DNA of 64,000 nt from an uncultured Planctomycetota bacterium (GCA_963845755.1 CAWJTV010000036.1:416001-480000), one strand, 5' to 3'. Positions 10,452-21,145 are shown, numbered from the stretch's first letter. Notes: a model not told the origin generated them from the letters alone. Numbers and translations are program-made.

Positions 10452-11960
10452 ATGGGACGGCTGCAGGACGCTGACAGTGAATACATCTCGACCGGTATCC
10501 TTGGGCTCGATCACATCCTCGGCGGCGGTTTCCTCCGCGAAGGGTTCTATCTCCTCCAAGGAGATCCGGGCTCCGGCAAGACGACCCTTGCGCTCCAGTA
10601 CCTTATGTCGTGCGCCCGCAATGGCGAGCGGGGCCTCTACATCACCCTGACCGAGACCCGGAGCGATATCGAACGCGCCTGTCGCTCGCACGGCTGGACC
10701 CTCGACGCCATCGAAGTCAGCGACATGACGCGGTCCGACTTCAACGTTAGCGGCGAGTCCCATTACGTCGTCTTCCACCCGTCCGAGGTCGAGCTGGGCG
10801 AGACGACGCGGCAGATCATCGCCGAGGTCGAACGCATCAAGCCCAGGCACGTCGTCTTCGACGGGCTCTCGGAATTGCGGCTCCTGGCCGCCGACTCGTT
10901 GCGCTATCGCCGTCAGCTCCTCTCCCTCAAGCATTACTTCGAAGAGCAGAAGATCACGGTGCTGATGCTCGACGACCGGACGAACCCCCTGGGGCAGATC
11001 CAGCCCGAGAGCCTCGTCGGTGGCAACATCGTCATGGAGAAGTATCTGCCCGGCTACGGCGGGGCCAGGCGGCGGCTGAATGTGACGAAGGTCCGCGGGG
11101 CCGACTTCCAGGATGGCTACCACGACTACGAGATCGTCCAGGGTGGGGTGGTGGTCCATCCGCGGCTCGTCGCGGCCGAGCACCACGAACGGTTCGAGCC
11201 GGAGATGTTCTCGAGCGGCATCGCGAATCTCGATCTCTTGACGCAAGGTGGCCTCCAGGCAGGCACGACGACGTTAGTCCTCGGGCCCGCGGGGGTCGGC
11301 AAGTCCACCATCGCCATGCAGTTCGTCGCCAAGGCCCTGGCCGCGGGGCGAAAGGCGGCGGTCTTCACCTTCGACGAGGTCATCGACACGCTCTTCTCCC
11401 GCTCGGAGAAGCTCTGCTCCAACGGTATCCGGCAATTCCTGGCGGACGGGCAGCTCCACGCCCAGCAGGTGGACCCGGCCGAGCTCTCCCCCGGCGCGTT
11501 CGCCGACAAGGTGACGCGGGTCGTCGCGGGCGGGGCGAAGCTCATCGTCATCGATAGCCTGAACGGATACATGTCGGCCATGCCCGAGGAGCGGTTTCTC
11601 ACGACGCACCTCCACGAGCTCTTCGCCTATCTGAACCAGCAGGGGATCGTGACCATCGTCGTCGTGGCCCAGCATGGCCTCCTCATGGCGAATTCGGCCG
11701 AGCTCGATGTGAGCTATCTCGCCGATACCGTGTTCCTCCTCCGCTACTTCGAGGTCGACGCCCAGATCCGCCAGGCGATCAGCGTCTTCAAGAAGCGGAC
11801 CGGCTCGCACGAGCGGTCGCTCCGCGAGCTGATGATCCGGAACGATGGCATCCAGGTGGGCGAGCCCCTGAAGGGCTTCCGGGGCATCATGACCGGCGTG
11901 CCCCAGTACGAAGGGGAGATCCGCCCGCTCCGAGAGGAGGGGAGGACGGATGCTGTCTAA
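10452..11960 (+). CDS. KaiC-like double-domain ATPase
   Basis: Two Walker A motifs GDPGSGKT and GPAGVGKS; DVSYLADTV at the KaiC phosphosite position. Confidence 0.92.
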   Translation: MGRLQDADSEYISTGILGLDHILGGGFLREGFYLLQGDPGSGKTTLALQYLMSCARNGERGLYITLTETRSDIERACRSHGWTLDAIEVSDMTRSDFNVSGESHYVVFHPSEVELGETTRQIIAEVERIKPRHVVFDGLSELRLLAADSLRYRRQLLSLKHYFEEQKITVLMLDDRTNPLGQIQPESLVGGNIVMEKYLPGYGGARRRLNVTKVRGADFQDGYHDYEIVQGGVVVHPRLVAAEHHERFEPEMFSSGIANLDLLTQGGLQAGTTTLVLGPAGVGKSTIAMQFVAKALAAGRKAAVFTFDEVIDTLFSRSEKLCSNGIRQFLADGQLHAQQVDPAELSPGAFADKVTRVVAGGAKLIVIDSLNGYMSAMPEERFLTTHLHELFAYLNQQGIVTIVVVAQHGLLMANSAELDVSYLADTVFLLRYFEVDAQIRQAISVFKKRTGSHERSLRELMIRNDGIQVGEPLKGFRGIMTGVPQYEGEIRPLREEGRTDAV

Positions 11961-13618
11961 TGACGCGGGCGGCCGCGATGCCGTCGGCGATCGTGTCTTG
12001 ATGCTCGCCCCGACGCTGCGGGATGCGGCCATGGCCCGGAACATCTTGACCGAGTCCGGCTTCGTGTCGGAAGTCTTCGAGGTGTATGAAGACCTGGGCC
12101 CGGCCGTGGAGGAAGGGGCCGGAGCGGTCATCCTGATGGAAGAATTCTTCGCGTCGAAGGACGCCGCGGCCTTCCTGGGAATGCTCGGGCGGCAGCCCGC
12201 ATGGTCGAGCCTGTCGCTGATCGTGCTCTCGGCGGGGAAGGACCACCTCTGGAAGGCGCAGTCCGTCCTCAAATCGTTCGCGAATGTCGTCCTCGTCGAG
12301 CGGCCCGTCCGCATCGAGCCGCTGCTCAGTGCCGTCAGGGCGGCCCTGGCGGCCCGGCGAAGGCAGTACGAGATCCGCGACAACATCGAGGAGATGAAGC
12401 GGTCGGCCGAGGAGCGGAACCGGCTCTACCAGGCCGCCGAGGCGGCGAGGGCGGAGGCCGAGGCCGCGAACCGGATGAAGGACGAGTTCCTGGCCACCCT
12501 CTCCCACGAGCTGCGGACCCCGCTCAACGCCATCATCGGCTGGGCGAGGATCCTCCGCACCGGCAAGGTCGACGACGCGGACCGGGAAGAGGGCCTCTCG
12601 GCGATCGAGCGGAATTCTCAGATCCAGGCCCAGCTCATCGAGGACCTGCTCGACATCTCGCGCATCATCTCGGGCAATTTGCGGCTCGAAGTCCAGCGGC
12701 TGGACCTCATCGTCGTCATCGAGGCGGCGGTGGCCGCCGTCATGCCGGCGGTCAGCGCCCGTGGAATCCGCGTTCACAAGGTGCTCGACTCCCTGGCCGG
12801 TCCGGTTATGGGTGACGCCGCCCGGCTCCAGCAGATCGTCTGGAACCTGCTCTCCAACGCGGTGAAGTTCACGCCCAAGGGCGGCAAGGTGCAGGTGCTC
12901 CTGGAGCGGGTCAACTCGCACGTTGAGGTGAGCGTCATCGACACCGGCATGGGCATCAAGCCGGAGTTCCTGCCGCACGTCTTCGACCGTTTCCGCCAGG
13001 CCGACGCCAGCACGACGAGACGATACGGCGGCCTCGGGTTGGGCCTCGCCATCGTCAAGCAGCTCGTCGAGATGCACGGCGGGAGCATCCGGGCCAAGAG
13101 CCCCGGCGAGGGCCAGGGAGCGACCTTCACCGTGACGCTTCCCATCGCGGTCGTCCATGCCGATCGGCCCGAGACGAGGCAAGCCCGCCCCAAAGAGGAA
13201 GAGCCGGCGGAGGATTATTGCCAGGGTGGGGCCTTGAAGGGCCTGAGAGTGCTCGTCGTCGACGACGAGCCGGATGCCCGGCAGATCATCCGCCGGGTGC
13301 TCATCGAGTGCGAGGCGGAAGTGGTCGTCGCGGCGACTCCGGCCGAAGGCCTGGGCCTCATCGCGACGTTCCAGCCCCATGTGATCGTGAGCGATGTAGG
13401 CATGCCCGAGGAAGATGGGTATGATTTCATCAGGCAGGTGAGGGCAAGTTACTCGGCGAAGGAACTCCCGGCCGCGGCCCTGACGGCATTCGCCAGGGTC
13501 GAGGATCGGAAGCGGGCGCTGCGGGCCGGCTTCCAGACCCACGTGGCGAAGCCGGTTCGACCCCGAAGAATTGACGGCCGTCATCGCCAGCCTTGCCGGG
13601 AGGACAGGCCACGCATAG
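11950..13618 (+). CDS. Hybrid sensor histidine kinase/response regulator (frameshift ~13557)
   Basis: HisKA EFLATLSHELRTPLNAI, N/G boxes (NLLSNAVKFT, DTGMGI, GGLGLGL), REC domain SDVGMP; C-terminus KPVDPEELTAVIASLAGRTGHA* after the shift. Confidence 0.9.
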
Positions 13619-13645
13619 GAACCGGGAAAACAGGAGGTTTCGATC

Positions 13646-14041
13646 ATGAGCGAGACAGACGGCCGCGTCCCAGGGAAGCGCGTGCTGATCGTCAACGACA
13701 GCGTTGACACGGCCAAGATGATGAGCCTCCTCCTCAACCTCGAAGGGTTCGAGACGCGGACTGCCTTTGACGGAGTGAAGGCCCTCGAGGTGGCGTTCGA
13801 ATTCCTGCCCGAAGTCGTGTTGCTGGACCTGACTCTGCCAGGGAAGACCGGTCAGGAGGTCGCGCTGGAGCTGCGCGAGAATAACGCCACGGCCGGGGCG
13901 CTGATCATCGCCATCTCGGGATATGGGGACCAGGACGCCCCGCCGGGGTGCGATCGCCTGCTGGTCAAGCCCGTGGATCATCGCGTCTTGCGTGCGCTGC
14001 TCGACGCACCCGCGGTTGAGCACGGCCTGCCCCTCGCTTGA
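13646..14041 (+). CDS. Single-domain response regulator (REC)
   Basis: RVLIVND...VVLLDLTLPG...ISGYG...LVKPV; RBS AGGAGG. Confidence 0.88.
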   Translation: MSETDGRVPGKRVLIVNDSVDTAKMMSLLLNLEGFETRTAFDGVKALEVAFEFLPEVVLLDLTLPGKTGQEVALELRENNATAGALIIAISGYGDQDAPPGCDRLLVKPVDHRVLRALLDAPAVEHGLPLA

Positions 14042-14097
14042 CCACGACGGAAAGGTCAGAGGCCGTCTGCCCGGACATCCCCCGGCGGGGCGACTTA

Positions 14098-14216
14098 GAG
14101 TCTGTCCCAGAAGGCGCCGGTCCGGGCGAGCGGGGGGCGTCAGCCCCCTGTCTTGGAGGTCCGTCGCTCACCGGACAGGTGGCTGACGCCCCCGCTCGCC
14201 CTTCTGGAACAGACTC
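14098..14216. mobile_element. MITE with 17-bp TIRs and TTA target duplication
   Basis: GAGTCTGTCCCAGAAGG ... CCTTCTGGAACAGACTC (1 mismatch), TTA on both sides, internal ~28-bp inverted repeat. Confidence 0.7.
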
Positions 14217-14256
14217 TTATTCCTTTTGAGGTCGATACTCCGTTTCACGAGGGCGC

Positions 14257-14316
14257 TTGACAGGCAATCCGCCGCGGTCTATATAACCACTAGATTAGAT
14301 AATCGAAATGTTATAT
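14257..14316 (+). promoter_or_regulatory. sigma70-type promoter and probable ArsR operator
   Basis: TTGACA (14257)-17 bp-TATATA; inverted repeat ATATAAC...GTTATAT (14281-14316) directly before the ArsR ATG. Confidence 0.65.
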
Positions 14317-14320
14317 AAAC

Positions 14321-14671
14321 ATGGCAACGGATACCTTGAGCAGCACCTTCGCGGCTCTGGCCGACCCCACGCGCCGCGCGATCCTCGCACGGCTTGCCGC
14401 GGGCCCGGCGACCGTCAAGGACCTCTCGGCGCCGTTCGCGATGAGCGGTCCTGCGATCTCCAAGCACCTCCGGGTCCTCGAGCGGGCCGGCCTGATCGCG
14501 CGCGGCCGGGAGGCGCAATGGCGCCCCTGCCGTCTGGAGGCGGCGCCGCTGAAAGAGGTCGCCGACTGGGCCGAGAACTATCGTCGCTTCTGGGAGGCGA
14601 ACTACCAACGACTCGATGAGTACCTCGAACACATGAAAGAGAAGGAGCGGAATCATGGACACGGCGAATAA
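14321..14671 (+). CDS. ArsR/SmtB family transcriptional regulator
   Basis: FAALADPTRRAILARL...ISKHLRVLERAGLI. Confidence 0.93.
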   Translation: MATDTLSSTFAALADPTRRAILARLAAGPATVKDLSAPFAMSGPAISKHLRVLERAGLIARGREAQWRPCRLEAAPLKEVADWAENYRRFWEANYQRLDEYLEHMKEKERNHGHGE

Positions 14672-15143
14672 GGTCGGTGCCACGACATTCACGATGCCGT
14701 CGGATCGGGAGTTTGCCATGACGCGCGTCTTCGCCGCGCCGCGCCGGCTCGTCTGGGAGGCCTGGACCAACCCCGAGCACGTGCCGCACTGGATGTTGGG
14801 GCCGCCAGGCTGGACCATGCCGGTCTGCGAGATTGACCTCCGTCCGGGCGGGGCGTGGCACTTCGGCTGGCGTCAAGCGGACGGAACCGAGATGGAGATG
14901 CGCGGCGTGTATCGCGAGATCACGCCGCCCGAGCGGCTGGTCACCACCGAGTCGTGGGGTGGCGACTGGCCCGAAACGCTCAACACGCTGGTCCTCACCG
15001 AGGAAGATGGCAGGACGACGATGACACAAACGGTTCTCTATGCGTCGAAAGACGCTCGCGACGCGGTGCTCGAGACGGGGATGAAATATGGCGTGTCCAT
15101 GAGCTTCGATCGTCTCGCCGACCACCTGCGAACGATGGCGTGA
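14655..15143 (+). CDS. SRPBCC/AHSA1 domain protein
   Basis: TRVFAAPRRLVWEAWTNPE...IDLRPGG...PPERLVTTE; usual ArsR partner. Confidence 0.9.
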   Translation: MDTANKVGATTFTMPSDREFAMTRVFAAPRRLVWEAWTNPEHVPHWMLGPPGWTMPVCEIDLRPGGAWHFGWRQADGTEMEMRGVYREITPPERLVTTESWGGDWPETLNTLVLTEEDGRTTMTQTVLYASKDARDAVLETGMKYGVSMSFDRLADHLRTMA

Positions 15144-15191
15144 GTCTCGCGCGAGGGCGGAGTGCGATCGCCGTACTCGCGGCAGAAAGCA

Positions 15192-16572
15192 TCACTTCGG
15201 CGATGTCTGGGCCGAGCTGGCGGAATCCGATACGGTCGGTGTCGTTTCATCGCCGAGCTCGGCCGAACCGTCGTCGGGCAGGCTTTCGAGATAGGTCCCG
15301 ACCAGGGCGTCTTCCGAAGGTGGGAGGGCGCCGCGCTCGCGGTGATAGAGCTCACTGGCAAGGGCCACGAGTAGCGCCCGATAGCCACGCTGTTCCCTCT
15401 GGCGAACGGCCGGCCAGAGGTACCACGGGTACTGGAAAGCCACCCTGGCATCGTTGGTCGTGACCAGCCAGCTTGCCACCTCCTGCGGTGACAGCGCGCG
15501 GGCGCCTGCCGGCGCGTCGGGGCTCACGGGATAAAGTGATACGCTGGTCGTCCGCTGTGCAACGTGGAAGCGCGCCCGCACCGCCGGCCGGCGTTGCTGC
15601 GGGTCGGTGTTCTCCACGTGTGCCAGCCAGTTGGCGAAGAGTAATCGAATGACGCGGCGGCTGCGTTCGGGCTCGCGCGAGCTGGCGCTTCATGCTGTGG
15701 AACTTTAGCGTCAGGTCGGCCGGCAACTCCAGATCACCGAGTCGATAGGTCAGCTCCTCCTCGATCTGCTCGGGAGGGGGATCGACCGGCCCGTCCAGGA
15801 ATTGCATGAGATCGAGATACTCCCGCTTGAGTGTGAACGAATCCCATTCGGGCCTCGGCCGGCACACGATCACTTCCTCCAGGGCGCGTCGAATCTGGGG
15901 AATCGTGGTCCTGGGATCTGCCGCCCATTTCGCCAGACGCTGCTGGATTTCGCCGTGATGGAGAGCGGCACGCAGGCGAATCGCCAGCCGCTCGCGCCGC
16001 CGCAAGTGGACGTACATGCGGAGGATGGCTCGATAGCAGTCCCAGGCGCCGGCCATGTTGCCGATATCCGCGCACCGTCCGCCCTCATGGTACGTCATGG
16101 CGAACAGCGTCCCGTCCCACCAATTGCTCTGAATAGGGTAGTACCGCCCTTGGTTCACATCCTCCGGCCCCGAGATGCCGTCGGCACATTCAGCCGCCTG
16201 GATAAACAGGTCCACCAGCGGGCGGTTCGCCTCGAACCAGTCGTGGACCTTCGGATCGCCCACGTTCAGGTTCAGGGGCATGGGGGTGAACTTCTGATTC
16301 GCCCGCCGCACCAAGGTGAAGGCATTCGGTTCATCGGAGATGCGGAAAGCCCGGAACTCCGCGACATCGAACGGGTCGCCGATGTCGGGGAGCCCGTTGA
16401 GGCTCCTCAGCCACCAGATTGCGAGGGCCCCGGCGGCGATCGCGAGGCAGATCACCAGGACGATCGAGACCCACGCGAGCTGGCGAAGCCTCTTGCGCAT
16501 CAACTGGAGCAGCTTCCGCGACGTACCGCTCACAGCCTCGGGGGCGGCGGGAGTCTCGACTTGAATTCGCAT
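15192..16572 (-). CDS. Hypothetical membrane-anchored protein (frameshift ~15680)
   Basis: N-terminal TM (LAWVSIVLVICLAIAAGALAIWW), LPDIGDPFD; C-terminal frame ALLVALASELYHRERGALP...LVGTYLESLP. Confidence 0.7.
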
Positions 16573-16784
16573 GAGAAGGTCGTCTCCGCGCGAGGCGAGA
16601 TTCTTGGCTTGCCGTTTACACTATCCTACCAGAATCTGTCTCGTCTGCAACGACAATTGTCAGAGAACCAAAAAACGGGACCAGAGGCCCGGGAACGCGG
16701 AAGCCGGACGTTCGCCATTTGGAGGCGCGGGGTCTGACTTCCGAGCCACTTGACCCCTGACCCCGATTCGTGAGCCCCGGTCCT

Positions 16785-16933
16785 CTACCCGACGAGCTCT
16801 CGGATCGGCTCACCGCGCTCGATCCGGTAGGTGGGGCGGCCGGTCCGATCCTCGAAGGTGATGGATCGGCCGTCGATGCCGAGGTGGTGGTAGACGGTGG
16901 CGGCGACGTCCTGCGGGCTGATCGGGCGGTCCA
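16785..16933 (-). pseudogene. Orphan duplicate of the last ~48 codons of the DUF1501 gene at 22518-23879
   Basis: 149 bp with 6 mismatches to 22518-22666 (offset 5733). Confidence 0.9.
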
Positions 16934-16991
16934 AGTGGCACATCGAATCACTCGACGACCTCCTGGTCGAGCAGAACCTCGATGTATTTAT

Positions 16992-18368
16992 GGCTCTTCT
17001 GCAAAGCGTGTGGGTAACTTCGGACCGATTTTCAGATTTCCGGCAGCATGCACGTGAGGATTTTGAGCCGGAGGTATTCTTCGTCTCGAAGTCCGTAGGC
17101 CCGTCGTTGGATGACGCGGATCTTGTTGTTGATCCCTTCGACGAAACCCAAGGGCACCTTGTTCTCCTCATGGCAATACGACGCGATTCCGTCCCAGTGC
17201 TCATCGACCATCCGTGCGAACTTCTCGTACGGCTTGAGGCGTTGCCACCTCAAGGCCGATTTCCATCGCTCGAAGAATCGCCGCGCCCATACCTCCCGCT
17301 TGTAATCCCAGAGCTGACCGAACATCTCCTTGAGGAGGTAGGCTTTGTTCAACCTCCTGTTGGCCTTGAACAGCGCCTTCAACGACTGGCGCCCCTCCTG
17401 GGACAAGTTGGCCCGGCGGGACAGCAGTGTGTACTTCTGGCCCTTGATGAACTTTCGGTCCTTTCCCGAGAGCCGGGCGTACTCGCTCTTGCGCACCTTG
17501 TCCAAGGCCTCGTTCAAGTGCTTGAGAATGTGAAACTTGTCATAGAGGATGCCGGCCTGGGCGCGTTCCCCGTCTTGAGGGTGGAGTTGCGGAACGCCTT
17601 CCACATGTCCATCACGGCCAGGCGGATTCCCTTGCATTTCCGCGGCCCCAGCCACTGGAAGAAGAGGTCCATGCTCTCCTCGGATCGATCCGTGCCTCCG
17701 AACCAGATCGGCCGGCCGCGGATCAAATCGCTCACGACGATGCGGTAGTTGTGCCCCTTGCCGATGGAGAGTTCGTCGATGCCGATCACCTTCGGGCCAG
17801 GCGTCCCGGCGCGTCGGAGTTGCTCGCCCATGTACTCCATTTCCAGCGCCTTGACGGTTCTCCAATCGAGCCGGAGTTCGCGGGCCACATCCCGGACCGT
17901 CGAGGCCCGACAGCGCCGCCCCACATAGAAGGCGAACCGCTTGGTGTAGAAAGGGTTGTTGGCCAACCAGGGCAGATGCTCCCGTTTCACGGCGCCGCAG
18001 CTCCGGCAAGACACTCGCCGGACCTCGAACTCCAGGTAGACCCGGGTGTCGCCACAGGAGAGGTCGCGTACTCGACGGGTCGTGCGGTCGTAAAAGGTTC
18101 GCTGAATCCGCCCACAGGCGCCGCAGGCCATTTTTTCCCCCGGCGCAGGAGCCGCACGATCCGCGCCTTGGGATCTCCGAAGATGCCACGGACCCTGGGG
18201 TCCGGACGGAAACCGATAAACCGGTACGCATCTTCCAATCGACGTTGTTTTCGCATCCGGTCATCATGCCAGATTCTTCGCGCCGAAGAGAAGCCAAAAG
18301 GCCCTTCAAACGAGGGGTTTCAGGGCCGCAATACACGATTTCCTACCCACACGTTTTGCAGAAGAGCC
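16992..18368 (-). mobile_element. ISL3-family insertion sequence
   Basis: 25-bp TIRs GGCTCTTCTGCAAA(G/A)CGTGTGGGTA; 8-bp target duplication GTATTTAT at 16984-16991 and 18369-18376. Confidence 0.95.
17032..18256 (-). CDS. ISL3 transposase (frameshift at GGGGAAAAAA ~18135, second shift ~17560)
   Basis: CGAC zinc finger, IGIDE, MDMW, YDKFH, EGINNKIRVIQRRAYG. Confidence 0.9.
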
Positions 18369-18704
18369 GTATTTATAATGGATCTTGGTCAACCTACTGA
18401 CTCCGGCCCGGATCTGCGAGAGAACGTCTTCCGATACCGGAGCCTGAATGTTCAGGTGACCGCCGTCACCTAACCTGGTCAAGCTTTCCAGGGTCGTCAT
18501 TCTCGCTTCGTTGTAGGCGATGCAGGTCTTGTGGCTGATGTTCGGATGGTCGCCGACATCCAGGAGACACACGTCTTCTTTGTAGTTTTCGTAGGTGGTC
18601 ATACCGACCATGACCACGCGCGGGATCCCTGTCTGGATCTGAGATCACGACCCAGAGGTGGGTATCGACCTCCCGGTCACGGATATAGAAGGTGTCGCCA
18701 GCCT

Positions 18705-19253
18705 TCATGGCTCAGGTCCGAAGACATCCTCGAAGACCTGGCGCGCGGCCTCGTCACGCTCGACGACGGCCACCATGTCTGGCCGGTCCTGGGCCACGAG
18801 GATATCCTGCCACGGTATCGGGCTCGCACTGCCCTTGAAGTGATCGACCCACTCCTTGAACCCGTGGGTGTGCTCGGAAAGCTCCCAGTCGTCGATCTGA
18901 TGATACCGCTCGGTTACTTCAGCAAGCTTCTCCACGATGCCCTTGGACAACTCGCCTCGACCGGGATCCGCCACGAGTTCGACCGCGTACCCGTCGGTAT
19001 GGATAAAGTCGTCCCACTCCCCGGCACGAGTCCCATTCCCTTTGATCAAGTCGTAGAGGGTCGAAAGGACCGGCCCTTGTTTCATCGCATAAACACGGTC
19101 GCCCGTAATGGACTCTCCGGTCTCTGCTAACCACTCGCGATCGGCGATATAAAGGAGCTTCAGGAGACGAAGGTAGCTCATTTTCTTGCGGTCGAATCGG
19201 AGGAGGCAAGCGCTCGCCTGCAAGGCGCGCTCGAATTTGAAGCGAAAGTGCAT
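18705..19253 (-). CDS. Panacea (SocA/DUF4065) domain antitoxin
   Basis: LLKLLYIADR...ITGDRVYAMKQGPVLS...LSEHTH...EW. Confidence 0.85.
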   Translation of the reverse strand: MHFRFKFERALQASACLLRFDRKKMSYLRLLKLLYIADREWLAETGESITGDRVYAMKQGPVLSTLYDLIKGNGTRAGEWDDFIHTDGYAVELVADPGRGELSKGIVEKLAEVTERYHQIDDWELSEHTHGFKEWVDHFKGSASPIPWQDILVAQDRPDMVAVVERDEAARQVFEDVFGPEP

Positions 19254-19558
19254 GGCTTCTCCTTCTATTTTGAACTGATCAATGATACACTGCCAATTGT
19301 AGGCCGGTCAAGCCAAAGACCCCGAGTGCGCGAATACGCGGATACATGGAGACGTAAGCCGCGTTTATTGCTGCGACCTTCGACGATATGGCGTTCCCGG
19401 ATCTGCCCCGACTGGCTCATGGCGAATACCAAATGAACCTCGGGCCTGCCCCGGCTGTCCGACTCTTGTGGGGTAAAATGCAACAGGTGCCTGCGACTCT
19501 GGTTTGCTTTCTGTAGAGCAATGAGCGGCGCCCGCGGTCTACGGTCTGGGCTAAAACT

Positions 19559-21145
19559 ATGGACGCAGAAAAGCGGAGGCGATGGGAGAACGACCGAAGG
19601 ATGGCGCGGTTCTACGAGTTGCTTGAGGGCATCCTCAAGAGGCATGATCCGGTCGAGTACATCCTCGCGATGTCAGCCAGGCTGCGGGAGTGCCGCAAGG
19701 ACGACCAGAAATGGCGGCAGACGCCCCCGTTCCGCGCCGTCCACTCGGTCGAGGCGTGCTGCGCTTTCGCGCGAGGGCAAAGCCGGGACCCTGTTACGCT
19801 GAACCGAATCGGCCGCGCGATGAACGTTTACCACGAGCACGACGACCCGATGCAGCATGACGTTCTCGGGTTGAGCCTCGCCCACTTCGTCAGGATCGCC
19901 CACCGCGAGCAGATGGAACTGCAATACAGACATGGCGAAGACGATTTCGCTCGCATCCTGACCATTTATGCCCAACCCGGCTCACTGCCCCGATCGTCCA
20001 GAGCGTTCCGAGCGAAGTACAAGCTGACGCCCCGTCAATGGGTCCGTCTTTGCTTCCTTGCCGCAACTGCGGCTGAGAATAGCCCCGTCGGGTTATTCCT
20101 CTCGGAAACCATCATCGATTACATTCGGCAGAGTAATCTTTCCGAGGACATCCCCGAGGAGGCGGTACGTTCGTTCCTGGAGTTATCAACCCGCACGCCG
20201 AGTCAGATCGGAGCGAGATTCCGCGACGAGCGAAAGAAACTTCCTCCTTACTTGCACTCGTCAATCCGGTCTGTGTTGCTGGAGGCCCCGCTCATCGCTA
20301 TCGGACGCGACCCCGTCGGGCACGAGGCCATGGTCCTGATGATCAAGGATCTGATGTTCCGTCACGGCGGCGAGGGGCTCTACCGGCTGATGAAGGGACT
20401 CGATGAGTTCGATCAAGAAATCGGCAGCGCCGTCGCGGGCTACGTCGGTCGCGTCCTCGATTGTCTCGACGGGCGGGTGTCGCTGCACGGCGAGGCTCAG
20501 TTGAAGAAGCATGCGGGCGGGAAATGTTGCGACTTCCTCCTGGAGTTTCCCGGCGAGATTCTCTTGGTCGAGGCGAAGGCGGTCTCGTTCACCAAGACTG
20601 TCTTGACGGAGAAGTCGGTCTCGGAGGACACTACTACCCGCAGGATTGCCGAGGGGATCCGACAACTCTACGCGACCGCGTACGACCTGCATTCGGGCAG
20701 GTTCGATGCCCTGAACATCGATAAGTCCAAGCCTCTCATGGGCATCGTGGTCACGCTGGGAGACATCCCGATGGTCAACACGAAGTGGTACTTCGAGACG
20801 TTCATCATGGCGATGGCGAGCCCGAAGCTCGAATCGCCGGTCTACCCGAGCCCCAACCTCGTGCGGCGACCGGTGTCGATGACACTCAGGACGTTGGAGC
20901 ATTTGGTGATGATTGCCAACTCGCTGGGGAGGTCACCGACGAAGCTGCACTCCGATTGGTCGGCGGAGAACGAGCTCTTGGTCGGCGATTGGGATGCGTA
21001 CCTTGGCCACATCGTCAAGGACAACTACCAGGCAGTCAGGAGACTGCCGTTCATGAGACCTCAGACGGTCAACCTGTTGGTCTCCCTCGGCGCTCTGCGC
21101 GAGTTCGTCGAGGAGCAGATCGAGTGGCGGGACGGAGCCGCTTGA
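19559..21145 (+). CDS. Hypothetical protein with C-terminal PD-(D/E)xK nuclease-like motif
   Basis: 528-aa uninterrupted ORF; CCDFLLEFPGEILLVEAKA...EGIRQL. Confidence 0.7.
   Translation: MDAEKRRRWENDRRMARFYELLEGILKRHDPVEYILAMSARLRECRKDDQKWRQTPPFRAVHSVEACCAFARGQSRDPVTLNRIGRAMNVYHEHDDPMQHDVLGLSLAHFVRIAHREQMELQYRHGEDDFARILTIYAQPGSLPRSSRAFRAKYKLTPRQWVRLCFLAATAAENSPVGLFLSETIIDYIRQSNLSEDIPEEAVRSFLELSTRTPSQIGARFRDERKKLPPYLHSSIRSVLLEAPLIAIGRDPVGHEAMVLMIKDLMFRHGGEGLYRLMKGLDEFDQEIGSAVAGYVGRVLDCLDGRVSLHGEAQLKKHAGGKCCDFLLEFPGEILLVEAKAVSFTKTVLTEKSVSEDTTTRRIAEGIRQLYATAYDLHSGRFDALNIDKSKPLMGIVVTLGDIPMVNTKWYFETFIMAMASPKLESPVYPSPNLVRRPVSMTLRTLEHLVMIANSLGRSPTKLHSDWSAENELLVGDWDAYLGHIVKDNYQAVRRLPFMRPQTVNLLVSLGALREFVEEQIEWRDGAA

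Larger units (their letters stand above)
16948..18708 (-). pseudogene. Putative toxin downstream of Panacea antitoxin, interrupted by ISL3 and a frameshift ~18620
   Basis: ATGA overlap with the antitoxin stop; MKAGDTFYIRD...HLWVVISDP...VGMTT...; removing the IS restores KIHYKY-IEVLLDQEVVE*. Confidence 0.7.

Noticed and set aside
10452..11960. True circadian clock kaiC
   Set aside because: No kaiA/kaiB nearby, and SY rather than ST at the phosphosite
11887..13737. Long antisense ORFs (also 36121-37869, 48249-49985, 28398-29858 and others)
   Set aside because: Shadow frames of well-supported genes in high-GC DNA
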